A stretch of 64,000 nucleotides of DNA from Negaprion brevirostris (GCA_030324005.1 JARDVH010000163.1:90042238-90106237); one strand, 5' to 3'. Shown: positions 1 through 13,700, numbered from the stretch's first letter. Notes: a model not told the origin generated them from the letters alone. Numbers and translations: made by a program.

Positions 1-80
1 GACTCAAAATGTCTTTTCTCTTTTCTCTCCTTACAGAAGCTGCCAGACCTGCTGAGACTTTCTGGCATTTTCTCTTTTAA
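1..80 (+). mobile_element. 3' end of a Penelope-like (PLE)-associated repeat, truncated by the window start
   Basis: The stretch gactcaaaatg...ttctctccttacagaagctgccagacctgctgagactttctggcattttctc matches the elasmobranch PLE 3' repeat as I recall it. A related copy lies on the minus strand at 22372-22682. Confidence 0.55.
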
Positions 81-109
81 TTCCTAAATCATTGATATAA
101 ACCAAGAAG

Positions 110-800
110 AGCTGTGCTGCTAATATCAGCCCTCTGGAATGCCACTATATATAACAAAAATGTGCATCACTGCTCTCTTTTCCTTTCACTCAGCCTGCCA
201 CAATAACTTTTATTCTATGAACTTCAATTTTGCTTGTTGTGTGACAGTTTAGAAAACACCACTTGCAAGTTGATATAAATCATAGTACCCTCATCAACCA
301 TCTTTGTTATCTCATTAAGAGCTTCAGTCAAGTTAGCTGAACATGATTTGTCCTTAGCAGATCTATGCTGATTTTCCTCAGCTAATCCATATTTGTCCCA
401 GTCTTAATTTTGTCCTGGATTATCATTTCTAAAACTCATTTCACCATCAAGATAAAAATGACCAACTTGCAGTTGCTGGATTTATTCCTGTCCCCAAAAA
501 GGGTGTAACATTTGCAATTCCATACTTCCATGGCATCATTCCTGATTCTGAAGAAGATTGGAAGATGACCAGTCCCTCCCCAATTTTTTTTTTCTCCACA
601 GTCTCTTCAGATGTATCCGATGTGGCCCTGGTGACTTATCAACACAACCAATCTTTCCAATACGTTTTCTCAATATCTGGCCCATCCAGTGTCTCAACTA
701 TTTCCTCTTTCACAATGACTTTGATAGCATCTACTTCCTTGCAAAGTTGTCATTTTGAACTTCAACCATGTCTTCTACCTATATTCTATTTTTAGCCCCT
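110..800 (-). mobile_element. Degenerate CR1-clade LINE ORF2 (RT) fragment
   Basis: The reverse complement shows decayed DKSPGP (tggccctggtgacttatc), NVTPL, and QH..KxKSCSxNLxE....ITKMVDEG-like motifs, with many stops. Confidence 0.8.
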
Positions 801-1939
801 AGTCAGCCCTATTTGTTCCAGAGAGTGAATCTTCAATAGAGAATGGCAGAAAGTTTGCAAATAAGGTAAAGCCCAAATTCTTCTCTCTCAGATTGGTGAA
901 TTAATTTAGACGCTGGAAAGCTGAAACNNNNNNNNNNNNNNNNNNNNNNNNNNNNNNNNNNNNNNNNNNNNNNNNNNNNNNNNNNNNNNNNNNNNNNNNN
1001 NNNNNNNNNNNNNNNNNNNNNNNNNNNCGCACTTTGGCTTCATTTCTTTTTCCAGTTTGTGCAGAAGACCCTGCATGAGATGAATCTAGGTGTGAGCTGT
1101 TGGGTTTAATATCACTTCTTGGGAAGTTAGAAAATCAGCCAAGATTCTTCCTTCGGACCAACACCTGGAGACTTCTGGCAGATGACAGATAATGATCATT
1201 TCAAAGCCAACAGAGGGGTCAAGTGCCTGTTGCATCATAGCTTAGCAAGGAGTAAGCACCTTCTGGAAATGACCAGAAAAAATGCCAGCTAAAATTTTGA
1301 AACAGGAGGAAAGACATTTGATTTTAAAGGTATGAAATATACCCAGATAGAACTGTCCAGAGAGACCGCAAAGAGAGCCTATATGTAAATGTGCTTGCTC
1401 TCTTGCAGGAACTCTGACATTTATTTTTCCTGTATGCAAAGGAAATTGCAATTAATAATTGGAAATTATCTCTTATTAGTGCTTCAAACCGCAGTCAGCA
1501 TTTATCAAGGTTTGATGATTTCTTTTGAATTAACTGGGATTGGGGATTGTAGATTGTTTTTGGCAAATATCCAGTTTTCAAACATTAATTTACTGTCAAC
1601 TGAATGAGAACTAATTTAGGAGCTACATGAGAGAAAGAAACAGTTCAATACGAATCCATTGCATCCTGGTTATTTACCATGAGTCACTCTGTGCATTTGA
1701 AACAATAAAATCTGTTAAAGTGGTAGGATTTATAATTGTCCTAGAGTATACATGGTTTGACACTGTTGTGATGCATACGCACATAGTTTGTGTTTCGCTC
1801 ACTTCAGGGTTTCACANNNNNNNNNNNNNNNNNNNNNNNNNNNNNNNNNNNNNNNNNNNNNNNNNNNNNNNNNNNNNNNNNNNNNNNNNNNNNNNNNNNN
1901 NATCTAGAAATGTGAAAGCCTGAAGTATTCAGAATAGAT

Positions 1940-2110
1940 CTCCAAAGATGTGTAGGTTAGGTTGATTGGCCATGGGAAATTTCCCCTTGGTGTCAGGCAG
2001 ACCAGCAGGGTAGATATATGGGTTTACGGGGATATGTTCTGGGTCGGGTTGTGGTCAGTGCAGGCCTAATGGGCCAAAGGGCCTCCTTCAGCACTATAGG
2101 GATTCTATGG
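1940..2110 (+). mobile_element. HE1-type SINE, 3' half with CR1/HER1-derived tail
   Basis: tccaaagatgtgtaggttaggttgattggccatg...gggccaaagggcctccttcagcactatagggattctatg. The same family occurs at 48108-48248 and 54170-54505. Confidence 0.85.
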
Positions 2111-2199
2111 AAAGAGCATTTCTGAACTTTGTGGGTTCAGATAGATAGCCAGGGTAACCATTTACAGCGGTGAAGTAACACTTTGGACCTGGTCTCAGG

Positions 2200-2450
2200 A
2201 CATCTTTGGCGAAGGTAAGATGTGCTTTGGTGGACTTAATTTACTCTTTGTCTTTTGCGAGAGGTTAGATGCCCTTTTAGGCAAAGTGTCCTCTGTAGTA
2301 AGTAAGATGCCCTCTAGAGTAAGTCAGGTGCCCTCTGGAGTAGGTGAGGTTAGGTGCCCTTCATGGGGGGGGGGGAGGTAAGGAAACCTTGTGTGGGTGG
2401 GAGCTAAGGAGCCTTTAAGGGGGAGTAAGGAGCCCTTAGGGGGAGATTTT
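2200..2450. repeat. Degenerate G-rich short-period tandem repeat
   Basis: Recurring ~20-bp units such as ggtaagatgtgctttg, ggttagatgcccttttag, gtaagatgccctctagag, gtcaggtgccctctggag and gtaaggagcccttag. Confidence 0.5.
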
Positions 2451-3079
2451 GGAATTTTTCAAAGTAAGCATGAATATTCACAAAAAGTGCACGTACTCAT
2501 CACCATCAAATTCAGTAGAACTGTCAACTGACATGAAATAAATCAGCTGTCCAAGTTATCAAGAGGATCTGACATAGGGAAATTTGCCAAAGGGAACTTG
2601 ACAAGAGGACCTGTCAAAAGTGTTAAAAGGAGTCGTTAAAAAAATCCTGTAAAATAGAGCTGTCGAGCAGCCAAAACATTTAAAAGTCCTGCCCTTTAAA
2701 TCTTTGAAAAGAATGTCCAATGTGTTTTTTTTAAATGACTGCTTGCCATTTTAATCTATCAAATGTCATAAGCCTGAAGGCTTCCATTACTAGATTGCTG
2801 CTGCAAGATTGATTTCACAACTAACCATGATGAAAGTTGGATGCCTGCCATTTCACAGTTTGATTGATAGCTGCAAATGGTTATAGACTGTTGGAAATAG
2901 GATTGTAAATTTCAGTGCTTATTGTTGTCAGGAATTGTACACTTGAATTAAATATTTGTTGTTATAAAATTTTATCTAGTTGAAGGAAAGTAAATATTGA
3001 ATATTATTTTTTTCTGAATTATGCCTTTTTTTCAATATAGTGAAGTCTGACATCAACACAGAACTTAATTTTATCTCAT

Positions 3080-3600
3080 GTTTGCGTGACTCCTGAGGTC
3101 TGCCCGTTATGGATACCGTGTGAGTTGGCATGATAGATGTAAGGCCAAGGTGAGGTGGGTGGGAGGCATCAGTTGGCATGGCTTGGCATTTAATTGACAA
3201 AGGTACTTTAGAGGGTAATAGGGTAGGCACTGCGCTATAGGTTGACATGGGATACATATGGGGCCACAGAAATGGGTTCAGGAAATCAGTTGGTATGGAT
3301 GGGCATGAAGGGTGAGACAGTAAAAGCTGGAGGGGGATATTTCATGTTTTATTATTTTTCTTCTAAATTTTGGACACAGTTTCAGAGCCCGAAACAGGCC
3401 TTCTACCTGGTCTAACTCCACAGCCGGCAACCTCCTCACTTCTTCTGGGGGTCACTTCCCTTGACTTCTAATCTAGCCCACCTTTTCCTCCCCTGCCAAA
3501 CAGAAAATCTGATGTCAAGGCTGCCATTTCTGGAAGTTGAGTTTGCCAAGCTGGTAGTTTTTCTGACTATACGATCGGACTTGTGGATGAAAATCCAGAA
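3080..3600. mobile_element. GC-rich non-autonomous DNA-transposon-like repeat
   Basis: Repeated gttggcatg / gggcatg units and an ...aaaatccagaac end resembling the MITE termini elsewhere in the window. No ORF. Confidence 0.35.
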
Positions 3601-3729
3601 CATTGTGTCTTCGTATACCATCATTTGCCCCACCCTCTTAATTTACTGTTGTCAAAATAGTCCAAATATGACCTTAGCTTCTGAGAAAACAAGAAAATTG
3701 CAATCATGATATCTTTTTATTTGCAAAAT

Positions 3730-3952
3730 ATAGAGATAAAGGTAACATCGCCATAGTCCCAAATGACCAAAGACTGCTCTTCCCTTTAAGGGAGAGAACC
3801 GACTGGTGGTGACTTAACCTGAAGATCACTGAGGTGATCAGTTGAGGTGAAAGGTTGAGAAAGCGTCCTTCATGAAGAACCTCAGCCGGTATGGGAATTG
3901 AACATGCACTGTCGGCGTTGGTCTACATCATGAACAGCTGTCCACCTAACTG
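3730..3952 (-). mobile_element. tRNA-derived SINE (not HE1)
   Basis: The minus strand begins tcagttaggtgg (A-box-like) ... gttcaattccc (B-box), followed by a ~170-bp body ending ggactatggcgatgttacc. Confidence 0.7.
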
Positions 3953-6054
3953 AAAATAGAAGAGAAGTCTTACATCACATCAAACAGACAGATGGGATAC
4001 AATATTTTTCACAGCGAATTTAATAGATGCTATTAGCTTGTATTGCTGACTTCCCAATATGCAAAATTTATCGTTTTCATTTCAGGATGAATTTTCAATT
4101 CAAGACTAGCTTGTATTTTTCATATGCTTAGTTAAAATCTGGTTCATTGTGGTATCACCAATATTCAGGAACTCATTTGACAGGTAGCTTCTGGAATCAA
4201 CCCAAATGCTCGTCTTCATTCAGTGCAGTCAAAAACCTCCCGCAAATGCTCTCTTTGCAAATAGTATTCTGCAGGTCTGATTCAAAACAAATGCTTATGG
4301 CTTCCCCTGTGCAGCACATCACATTGTTTTTGTTATTTTAGGCATGGTAATACTTCTGCCACTAAATGCTGGAAAATTTGCTGCTTGTTAGGGATTGCCT
4401 GAAGCACACAATAAAGAAGGTAGTCAAGTTATTGATTGATAATAAACATCGGCCTGATTAAGCCTGATATACAAGTAGAATGTAAAGGAAAATGTACGGA
4501 AAGGGTTTCTATCAGAATCTTGTCCTGTTAACATTATATACTGAGTTTTACTTCCTATGTCTTGTCTGTCCCTTCTGCCTTATCCCGCTCTCCAAAAACT
4601 CTAATGTTGCATATAAATACAGATGGAGGGAAGTGACATTTTTCCTAGCATCTCCCCAGGAAATGCCACCATTAAAAAGGTGTAATGATTCTGAGACCAA
4701 CATGCTGTCCCAGAGACAGGAAAGCATTGCAGAAATCATTGTCAACACTTACCAGCACCTTGTAGTACATTAAAAATGTGAAAATGACTGTTGATGTTGT
4801 ATAGAATGACAGGATTTCACCATTATTAGAGCGAGCATGCTTACATATCATTGAGAAATGACAGAGTGACAATAGGGACAAATAATTAATCAGAATATTA
4901 GCAGACTGTAATCACTCATGGTACTGCAGCAGGGATTTCAGTAAAAACCTAATCCTGACAGATTTCCTCATTTCTTAATCTTCCACCATCTCTCTGGTAC
5001 ATCTGCCGACTCGTTGCAAAGCTTCTTTCGAATGCTTAAGGTTCTGTCGGTTGCCATTCCTCCACCTTCAGCACTTCTTTGCATTGATTATTGGTGACTT
5101 TTAGAAAGATTACTGAGCAACTCAGAAGTCAAATTCCCCAGATGTCTGCAGCCTTTCCATTACGAGAATGGTGTCCAGCTAAGCATCAAACATTTGTTTT
5201 GTTACACTTGATAGTCAGAAGGATAAGGACTGTGAAAAGATGGGAGGGTGATGTGATGATGAGTACCTGGTACAATGTTATGTATGCCCCTGTAGGTTAA
5301 GGGTGCATAAAGAATCACAATATAGGGTGAGTGCAGTATGTTAACTTGGTAGGCTTGATAATTTGAACACTGGGAATTCTTTATTTAAGGTGTATGCTCG
5401 TTCACAGTGGACTGCCCAGCGGGGTCCCATGCTGTGAGGAGTTAGTTACCCAGGTGTCACCTGACCCACACTGTTACAGGGCAATCAGCAATCCAAACCC
5501 TAACATACAATATGAACACATATATCAAACAGTTAACCTCTTGTATTTGTTTATACTGTGTGGTGGACAAGGTTGAGTTATGTCATGCTTCCTGTTGATA
5601 TGCCACAATAGTTTTCTAACATTTCAGGATGTTCAAGGGCACTAGTGCTTTCACTTACCTTGGTCAGCCTTGTGAGGTTATTGAAACCTTCCCAGCACTT
5701 CCATTGGTTTTTATGGCATGTGTGATATAGTGGTGACTTTAACCAACCTCTCATACTGTACTCACCCTAATTCTTTTTTTAAATTCCCTATCTTTCCCTT
5801 GTATGTGTCAACATAAACTGCTGAACCGTCAAAGAATTTTGAGATCTTAGCTTTGCTTGTGCTTGTGCTCTTGTTTAATGAATCCTCAATTTCATTCTCT
5901 CCATCCTGATCCTTTACCTAACTCTATTGGGAGAAGTGCCTTTGAAATTCAGACCACAATTAATTGGAATTAGGGTGCTTCTAAACTGCTGAAAAGTCTG
6001 CAAGAAAATTTATTTAGAAACAGTGGACTGGTCTGTCTGTTTAACACTTTCCAA

Positions 6055-6145
6055 ATGGGATTAGGTGGGAAATCAGGTGTTTCACACGTGTCGGTGCAGA
6101 CTCGATGGGCGGAAGGGCCTCTTCTGCACTATATGATTCTATGAT
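6055..6145 (+). mobile_element. CR1/HER1-type 3' tail fragment
   Basis: gtcggtgcagactcgatgggcggaagggcctcttctgcactatatgattctatga. Confidence 0.8.
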
Positions 6146-7921
6146 ACTTCTGTGAATGATTTAGAGCTAATATAGTGTTGAGTTGACTTTGGCAACTGAT
6201 TGCAACTTAACCATTGCTGCAAAAAATGACATGTGTAAGTAAAACTTGCTCAGTAATTCAGCCCGATACAGAATTCTCTCATGCGACTGATCATTATGAT
6301 AGTCAGAAGTGACATGGATATGTTACAAAAATCCTATCTATAAATCCAGAGACAGTGAGTTTATTATTCAACCAAATTGCTTTGTGCACCATGCTTCAGA
6401 TTAGAGTTCTTACACAAAAAGCAGCTAATCAGAGCTTGAAAAGTAACGATGTTCTGTCTTTTTCGAAATATTGTTACATTGGACCCAGTCGATTACATCA
6501 TTGGTCAAAATGTAGGTGTAATTTTGCTCCCATGCCTCATGGTTGAGATGGCAGGATGCTCAATTCTGAACATCTGTTATTGATTATCTGTTGCTGGCAA
6601 GACGAGAACGCTTGGGTGTCCAATGATTGTTTTAGGGGATAATAGCACTTTGAAGATTCCCTAATTGCACAGAAGATGGAGATATTTTAGTTGAAAGTCT
6701 CATTGTTTCCAATTCGCCATGACTACAAATAGGAGAAAATTGAAATAGGTAGAGGATGATGGATTACCGGAAGTTGGTTATAACTTTGAACATAAATTTT
6801 GCTGTATTAAAAAAGGAAAAATTCCCTACTACTCACTTTCACACTGCCTTCCTATTGATAACTCCAAGATAAGAATTAATGTTTTCTGTTGAAATTGACC
6901 TTAGCTATTAAGGTCAATTTTTGTGTATGGTTTTAGGGTGCACCACTGCATATTTATATCATTTCAAGGTGACTATAATAACAGGAAGTTAAAGTTGCAC
7001 TCAAGGGAGATCACTCTTGCATATCACACAGAAATTTTCACTTTGAGTTGTTGGAACAACAGTTTATAATTTAAAATAAGGACTATTGTAGTTAAAGCAC
7101 CCACAAACAGTTTATGCTCTGATCCCCAGGTTAAGAAACCACCTCTGAACAAGTTAGCTTTTGATGCTTGCTGACACTCGGGTCGCTTCATAATATCAAT
7201 AGAGTTTTGAAAGGCCAACACCTTGTACTATTGTGCTGTCTGGATAAAGATGTCAGGCAGGATTTTAATCTGCCAACCATCCATTCACATGGCAAAATGG
7301 GGTGATTCAACAGTGAAAATGTTTTTCAAAGGACAAGGCAGGCCTAACATAATTTTCGAACAGCCCTTAAAATGCTAATAATGCGTACATCTTGTTCTGA
7401 AACCATTAAATTTTAACTATTACTCCTGCCCCCCAAAAATCTTGTCATCTGATGGCTTCTGTCCTCACTAACATAGACAAGCTGCATGTGGAGTACGAGC
7501 CATTTGCAGAAATTACTGAGGATCCAACAGTATCACGTTTATGGCAATGGGCTACTATTCAAGAGATGAGTGTTTAAATTCCAACATGGCAGTCTTTGAA
7601 CAATAGAATGTTTGCATCCTAAGAATTAATTTTAGATATAAGCCAGTTGATGTCTGCACATGAAAATGAATTAGCCACCAATTGATGCAAACTGGATGGG
7701 TGTACTATCCACCCAGTATAATTGCAACTTGAAAGTTGTTGCTTGGAAGCACAAAACTTCAATATTGCTGAGAAAAGAGACATGTATCAAAGTTTTTCAT
7801 CTTGCATCTGTCAGGATAGATGCAAAAATGCCAAATTTACAATTCATACTGCATGATAAAGGGATTGTTGATTGATTGGCAAGGCAGCCCTGGTGGTATA
7901 AATGTGGCCACAGAGAATGCA

Positions 7922-7985
7922 GTAAGAACTTTCTCAAGACCAGGTGAAAGTGTAACAGGTTTATTTGGTAGCACTACCAAATAAA
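7922..7985. mobile_element. PLE-associated palindromic repeat running into an N gap
   Basis: Homologous to the left arm of 63737-63878. It ends in a perfect hairpin tttatttggtag-ca-ctaccaaataaa (7960-7985). Confidence 0.6.
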
Positions 7986-8985
7986 NNNNNNNNNNNNNNN
8001 NNNNNNNNNNNNNNNNNNNNNNNNNNNNNNNNNNNNNNNNNNNNNNNNNNNNNNNNNNNNNNNNNNNNNNNNNNNNNNNNNNNNNNNNNNNNNNNNNGTT
8101 CATTCAAAAAGATGCAGTCTGACATATTCCTTTTGCCTGAACAGCGTTCTTATATATGAATAGATATGGAGCTTCCAATAAGCATAAATGAGCTACATCG
8201 TAAGCTTGACTGATAACCTTACGTTGACTGTTAGTGTAATTCTTAATGGACTCTGTATTGTTCCTGAGTCGTAAATGTGCTGCCCAATCATAGAATTACA
8301 CCTAATGTCAGACGTTAACTTCTGAGTTTGCAAGCACGGATTGGTTGAATGCGTTCAGTACACTACTGATTGCAACAGACAGAGACGTGTTCCTTGATAT
8401 GATCCATGTTATTGGGACATGCAGTCATCATGCCTGGAAGGACTGAATTTCTCAAACCAGATTACTCATTTGTGTGGTAGGCAGGATATCTTTTTGGCTT
8501 GATGGCAGCATGCTGTTCGTGGTAAACACCACTCATTGCCATGATGTAATAGCAGCGTGAAATGGCTATATTAATTTGTTGCTTAAAGTTTTGAGATACT
8601 TTACACTTTCAGGGCAATTTGAAGTAGACTGGACACTTCTTGGGTTAACAGTGACATCCTAATGCCCATTTGGCAGTGTATGCAACACATAGTGAGCAAT
8701 GATTTGATCAGACTTGTCATTCCTCCTCAGGAAATTTCCCTTCTTAAAAATCAACTCATCATGTTTATTTTTCAAATCTCAGGTTTACGTTCATAATTAG
8801 TGCCACTTCATTCTACTAACACTCCTTCTATGCTTTAGTTGCTGAGCAATGTTTTAAACACTGCTGTTTAAAACATTTCAAATTTCCATTATTTACTATA
8901 TGCTGTGCAAAATTCAGTTGTTTCATTGAATATTTCTTTTTGTATTCGAACATACCATATTTTTCCAAATTTTGTTTGAAAATAT

Positions 8986-9126
8986 GCGCTGGAATCTACC
9001 ACCTCGCCTGCCATGAAATCAGAGAAGGCAACCTGCGGACAACGGAAATGTCCATTGATATCGGGTAGAACTTTATGGCTTCGCTCTTGAGTGATACCGG
9101 AGGCCCGAGGCCGTAAAATCCCACCC
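8986..9126. mobile_element. MITE-like element with imperfect terminal inverted repeats
   Basis: GC/CpG-rich 141-bp island. It starts gcgctggaatctacc and ends cgtaaaatcccaccc. Confidence 0.55.
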
Positions 9127-9254
9127 ATGGGGTCAAATGTAGTTTTAGATGTGATTTAAAGCTTCCTTTTGCTCCTTGTGTTTAGTGTGCATCAGACTAA
9201 ATTTCTACACGTGAAGGTTGTTTTATTTGAGTGGCCTGCTGATGCCAACATCTG

Positions 9255-9375
9255 GGCACAGGAATTAGGAGCAGGAGTATGCCACTCAGCTCTCAAGCTT
9301 GCTCTGCTATTCAGTAAAACCATGGTTGATCTGATACCTCAACTCCATGTTCCTGCTTACCCTATTCATATGTAC
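9255..9375 (-). mobile_element. CR1 3' tail fragment
   Basis: ggaattaggagcaggagtatgccactcagctctcaagcttgctctgctattcagtaaaaccatggttgatct, the same motif as at 35140-35206. Confidence 0.75.
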
Positions 9376-9544
9376 CCAACAAAGTGGAAGGTAGTCTATA
9401 AAACAGGACAAATCCAATACAGTTGATTACCACCCCATCAAACTGATAGTACTACTAAGTGGCACATAGCTGCTCAGTGATGCTCAGTTTGGAAGATATC
9501 AGGACCACTCCGATCCAAATCTCATTGCAATCTTGGTCTAATCC

Positions 9545-9692
9545 AATGAGGGCTGAATTCCAGTGGTGAATTGAGAGTGATCATCCTTGATATCAAAGCA
9601 GTATTTCAGTAAGTGTGGTATCACACTTGATAAGGTCTTTGATGAGGTCCCCCATGCAAGACTTCTTGAGAAGGTGAGAGGGCATGGGATCC
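9545..9692 (+). mobile_element. LINE RT fragments (LDIKAVF-like piece, then CR1 FDEVPHARLLEKVRGHGI)
   Basis: ORF 9587 contains DKVFDEVPHARLLEKVRGHGI, the CR1 KAFDKVPH motif. Confidence 0.8.
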
Positions 9693-10479
9693 NNNNNNNN
9701 NNNNNNNNNNNNNNNNNNNNNNNNNNNNNNNNNNNNNNNNNNNNNNNNNNNNNNNNNNNNNNNNNNNNNNNNNNNNNNNNNNNNNNNNNNNNNNNNNNNN
9801 NNNNNNNNNNNNNNNNNNNNNNNNNNNNNNNNNNNNNNNNNNNNNNNNNNNNNNNNNNNNNNNNNNNNNNNNNNNNNNNNNNNNNNNNNNNNNNNNNNNN
9901 NNNNNNNNNNNNNNNNNNNNNNNNNNNNNNNNNNNNNNNNNNNNNNNNNNNNNNNNNNNNNNNNNNNNNNNNNNNNNNNNNNNNNNNNNNNNNNNNNNNN
10001 NNNNNNNNNNNNNNNNNNNNNNNNNNNNNNNNNNNNNNNNNNNNNNNNNNNNNNNNNNNNNNNCAAACTTTCCCATTATCCACCTCTTACTTGCTCCGAT
10101 TCCCATGGCGGACAGGGCAGTAGAATTCCATGGATGATGTGCAGGTTTTTCTGGCCCTTCATGCTCGCAGAATGGGTGAGCAAAATATCATGGACATCAG
10201 GAAGACGAGAAGGTCCCACTCGCAGCCAATGGCAAGCTGCCGGAAAACACACTGCAGATGGGAGTGGGTAGAAAATTATGCCTGGTGTTGCAGTGCTACT
10301 TGTTGACGATTCATGCAGAAGTCATGGTGCCCTGGTGCTGGAAGGAGTGGATGTGTGAGGTAGTGAATGCAGAGCTGCCGAATAGTCAATGTGGCTGCAG
10401 TGTGTACTACCTACAAGATGCAGAGCAAAACTTGCTGCAAGAGCACCTCTCAATCCCATGAATCTGCCACCTAGCTGAA

Positions 10480-10710
10480 GAAGGGGGCAGCAAGTGCATG
10501 GAAAGCCAATACCATTCTGACTTGGAATATACCACTGGATCCACCTCCTTGAAGTACCTACTAAATAGCACTGTAGAAATTCCTGCACCACATGGACTCT
10601 CGGGATTCAAGAAGGTGGTTCACTGCTACATTCGAAAGGACAATTAGAGATTGGCGATACATTTCAGTTTTGCTATTTATTTCCATAACCCACAAACAAA
10701 CAAAAAAGAG
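10480..10710 (+). mobile_element. 3' end of a second LINE family (same family as 61510-62990)
   Basis: ccattctgacttggaatat...cacatggactctcgggattcaagaagg...ggacaattagagattggcgata followed by an A-rich end. It matches 62820-62985. Confidence 0.7.
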
Positions 10711-13700
10711 AAATGTCACTTTTTAACAATGAACAGCAGTGCACAAGAACAATCACTTCAAAATTCATACAATTATGCAATTCTATACAAATACATTCCT
10801 TACATCTAGGAGATGCCTCTCACATTCCCAGACAGGATAGAAATTTTCTTATTTCCAGCCTAAAACCTCTCCCTCTTTGCTGTAACCTTCTTGGTCACAA
10901 CTCCGCTGAATTTCACTCTCTTGTTTCTCTTATATTCCAGCCCTATTTCCTTGCTACTTTATCGTGATTCTCGCAAGGTGACATCAAGACCGATGGAAAA
11001 CTTTCTCAGGGCAGCAATATTGTAGAATTTCTGACCTTCAGTTTTGTCTGCAATATACAAGCTTTTAAGACCCATGTTTACAGTCATTTTCACATCTTAA
11101 TTTATGTCATCTTCAGTGCTATTCATTCCAATTTAGGTAATGTCCTGCACTTTAGGCCTTGACCCCCTTGCTTGGGTTTCTCAGCAAACACACCCGCATA
11201 TGTATCAGAGTGCATAAAATACACTACCTTCCCAGATTGACCAGTCCTGTTAAAAAATACTTAACTCTTTAAAAAAAAAAATCAACACATCAACAGTTCC
11301 AACTTATTGTCATCAGGAAGTAAGCTGCTATTATTTGTGACTATATCATGGACAAAACATTCAAGAGTTTTCAAACTTTGTTGAATAAATTCTATTGCTC
11401 TAAGGATCTGTAAGATGGATAAAGCTGTAAATTCAGCAGTAAAAGTCTCTGCTGTGCTACTAGCAATTTGTTTTCTTATCTTCTGTGGTTGCTGTGGAGC
11501 ATTAAAATATAGGCCCATCATAAAGAATCTTCCCATCAGGATTTATGGATACCTGCATCATGCAATATTACACAGTTTAATGCTGCAACCTCTTGTATAA
11601 GCTGTTTTTTTTCAAGATTCTGCTGCTGCCTTGGGAATTGCTTCTCATGGCTAACAAGTTTTGTGAGTTATGCTGGAGTGAATATTGAGAACTGCAGTGT
11701 GAAACCTTCTTGACAGAGTATGTAGTCTATTGGGCTATGTGTATATTACTGAACTATTATTGTATTAATTATCTGCTGGCTAATTACTATCCCAATTGTT
11801 TTGGCTTGACCTGGGGTTTCTTGCTGCTTCTGATGCACACACACTTCAATAAAGAAAATATTTCCCATTAGAATGTTTAAAATTACGGCATTAAAGTTTA
11901 TTAAATTAATCCATGATGAAATGGAAATATATTTGTTTTCATTTTGTTTGTGAGCAACGGGGACTATCTTTAATTGGTGGGGAGAAGCACAAAATCGATT
12001 TTGCTTCCCACTTGTCATAGAACCCATGCGAAGTGCAAATTGCTCAGTGCTGGTGTTGCACAAGACAGGATTTTTATCGCTGGGGCCAGGGAGCAAAAAA
12101 ATCTGCTCAATTTTACCTAGATTGTGATGTACAAATCGTGATTCATACGTTTTAGTAAATGCAGCTTTCTTTTTTTTGGATTTTCTATTCAACTCCTTTC
12201 CTTCCCATTTTCTTATCTATTTTCCTTAAACCTTTCCTTTAGTCTCACTGTGGATCATTCTTTGCACAAACAACGAGCTCTGGTTTTACCAAATGCTGTT
12301 TTCAATTCGACTGATGGTGTGTGCAAATGGGATGATTACCTCAAACTCACTTTCCCTTCCACAATACTTCTGCTTTGAGATAACCTTGCTGACATTAGGA
12401 TTTTGCCATCATCTAATCTGTGATGACACAGGTAACCAGGTGGACAAGAATGTCTGTGCAATGCCACTCTGTGCTGTGTGCTACAACAATAGTGTGTCTC
12501 ACTGGACTACCTCTGGGGCATGTTAAACATCATTTCGTGTTTCCCTGACAGGCATATTTTATTTGTCGGGCACTGAGTTTTCATTTCCTGAGGACATTTT
12601 TGAATGGTTAATGTAATTTCATAATCAATAACAGTCATTAACTACATTAAGCAAAAGCTTGTATTAACGCACATTTTGCACTTCCTACCATTAGTACATC
12701 CATTTTTTATTGAAGGGAAAGAATGGAATGATTGTGATGAAGTATTAACATTCATGGACCTAGTTGGAAGACCTATTAGCTCGTTGAAGGTGTTTGAGTA
12801 TTGGCTGCACAAACCAAATGATAACCAGTCTGGGAGATAAAATCCAAGATAAATGTCCATTTAATTGAGATCTGCAGATCCAAATCCTTGGATATTTTGT
12901 ACAATAAGAAATAGGTTACAAATGGCTTGCAAAGCCAAATCATAAAGTTGTGATGACATGGAATTACTTTCACCTGTGCTATTCATATATCAACTGAAAT
13001 CACTTTAATCTTGTCCTAGAAGACTCAGCAAATGTTTTCCAGAGGTGTGGGTGTGCGTGTTATGATCACCCAATTCAATATATACATAAAGAACGAATAT
13101 TTATATCTGGTCTGTTTACTTGGAAGTGCACAGTGCTTATATTCCACGCTCAGTTTGTTTTCTTATAAAAAGACCCTGAAATGTTCTGTTTTATTGAAGC
13201 CACTACTTTGTTCCCTATTGTTGCAGCCCGCTTATTAATGGTGTCTGATAATCCTTTCAATAACAGTTGTGGATCAGCCAGTGTACAGAGTCTCCTGAGG
13301 TTTAATTTCCCTTCAAAGCCTTTTTCATGAAACCCATTTATTCTGCATTAGTTTTGTTATCGTAACTCTGCAGTATATAGTACATTTGTTCAGCTGAACG
13401 ATGTGAAACCCTGAAGCCTGAATACCCTGTCCAGTGCAATATGATGCTGGCACTTCTGCCAATAATTTCTACAAACAAAATATTTGACAGCATTTTGGCA
13501 AACTGAACAAATTATTGTGTTAATTTAGTCAAACAATTAAGCATTTTTACATGCTAGTTTACACTGTTCACTCTATCCATGTGTTTTGCAAAGTTAAGAA
13601 TGAAGGTTTATGTATTTAAGTTGAGCAATAGTTGAAGGTTTGTGAAATTGCAATTGAGTATTTTTCAATATTTATGTTTTTAAATCGCATTTTAAAATTC

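Noticed and set aside
1050-1270. Possible LF-SINE-like ancient repeat
   Set aside because: Only two short motifs resemble it from memory, which is too degenerate to name.
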